Positions 62,952 through 64,000 of a DNA stretch of 64,000 bases are shown piece by piece. The first letter of the stretch is position 1, and each line of letters opens with the position of its first letter. The stretch comes from Hypanus sabinus. Lineage: Eukaryota. The notes beneath the pieces are model-generated. The model searched no databases, had not been told where the DNA came from, and was given only the letters and a program-made list of their open reading frames with translations. The stretch is from assembly GCF_030144855.1 (NCBI RefSeq), contig NC_082709.1, positions 150,784,001-150,848,000 of the forward strand, in the 5' to 3' direction. A program made the position numbers and the translations under genes.

Positions 62952-64000
62952 TTTTATTGACTGGAAGAAGGAACAAGCAGTGGTTGACCACCGTACTACA
63001 TCCTGGAGACTGAGAGGCCAGGCTCAGGCCTTGATTGCCTTTATACAGGGGTCTGTGGGAGGAGCCACAGGAGCAGTCAGTAGGGGGTGTGTCCAGACAG
63101 GTATATGTAGTTCACCACATTCACCCCCCCCCTTTGTTTTAAAAGAGAGTCCCCATGGGGCGAAGTTTCTGACGAGTATATTTACAGGTTAAGTCTATCA
63201 GGTGGTTGAATCTGTCGCTGTGATCTACATAGCTCCGGCTGTGATTGCACAGGTGCCGGTGGTGGTGATTGCACAGGTGCCGGTGGTGGTGATTGCACAG
63301 GTGCCAGTGGTGGTGATTGCACAGTTGCCGGTGGTGGTGATTGCACAGGTGCCGGTGGTGGTGATTGCACAGGTGCCGGTGGTGGTGATTGCACAGGTGC
63401 CGGTGGTGGTGATTGCACAGGAGCCGGTGGTGGTGATTGCACAGGAGCCGGTGGTGGTGATTACACAGGTGCTGGTGGTGGTGATTGCACAGGTGCCGGT
63501 GGTGGTGATTACACAGGTGCCGGTGGTGGTGATTGCACAGGTGCCGGTGGTGGTGATTGCACAGGAGCCGGTGGTGGTGATTGCACAGGTGCCGGTGGTG
63601 GTGATTGCACAGGAGCCGGTGGTGGTGATTGCACAGGTGCCGGTGGTGGTGATTGCACAGGTGCCGGTGGTGATTGCACCGGAGATGGAGGTTGTGCTGG
63701 TTCCGGCCTAACTGGAGGTGTCAGCCCACTAGGCGTCAGTGATCCCTCATGCGTGTGCGAAGCGCTTGGTATATATGCGTATGAAGCGCCCGGTATAGGA
63801 GTGTCGTGAGGAGTCTGTGTAGGGCTTGGTGTACGTGGTGTCACCTCGGGTACAGGGTTCATAGTTACCGTGGAGTGTTCGGGGTAGTGGTCTGCTGCTC
63901 CTGCTGGCGCCAGATTGCGGACAGAGACTGTGTCCTCCCGCCCATCAGGTAAGACCACGTAGGCATACTGGGGGTTCGCATGTAGAAGGTGAACCCTCTC
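62952..64000 (-). mobile_element. Gypsy-type retrotransposon 3' region: integrase C-terminus, PPT and 168 bp of 3' LTR; continues beyond the window
   Basis: Minus strand: ERVHLLHANPQYAYVVLPDGREDTVSVRNLAP, Pro-rich linker, CRSQRQIQPPDRLNL* (stop at 63182), PPT AAAGGGGGGGGGTGAA (63135-63120), LTR starting TGTGGTGAAC at 63119. Confidence 0.85.
63241..63679. repeat. 24-bp minisatellite (GTGATTGCACAGGTGCCGGTGGTG), about 18 copies
   Basis: Direct count of near-identical 24-bp units; encodes (PVQSPPPA)n in the pol frame on the minus strand. Confidence 0.97.

Noticed and set aside
62734-63119. Assembly fold-back artefact, or a MITE with 168-bp TIRs
   Set aside because: The arms carry independent CpG-type differences, and one arm continues into a PPT and integrase sequence, so these are LTRs.
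63202-63711. 169-aa + strand ORF (VVVIAQVP)n, and the idea that the array is a CRISPR
   Set aside because: It is the antisense reading of a 24-bp minisatellite. There are no unique spacers and the context is eukaryotic.

Overview
Eukaryotic vertebrate genomic DNA, about 40% GC. The repeat set (V-SINE/HE1-type SINEs, CR1, Rex1/Babar, Penelope-like elements) points to a cartilaginous fish, probably a batoid; this is an inference. The only host gene I can support is the 3' end of TBX15 on the + strand: a 98-bp penultimate exon (18181-18278) and the terminal coding exon (22246-23024) with a ~1.2-kb 3' UTR. The first ~18 kb are intronic. The ~40 kb downstream show no recognisable host gene and are rich in transposon remnants. 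The most unusual structure is at the right edge. A complete LTR (62734-62950) is followed directly, where a primer-binding site should be, by an inverted copy of most of the same LTR, then a PPT and the integrase end on the opposite strand. This suggests an LTR retrotransposon whose internal region has flipped. Also notable: an internally deleted Academ-type DNA transposon with ~103-bp TIRs and an XPG/FEN1-like nuclease remnant, nested in an L1-Tx1 element; minimal hammerhead-ribozyme motifs at Penelope ends; a 115-bp templated insertion in a CR1; and an L1-type retro-insertion with a perfect 12-bp TSD. Repeat boundaries were read by eye and are approximate unless stated.
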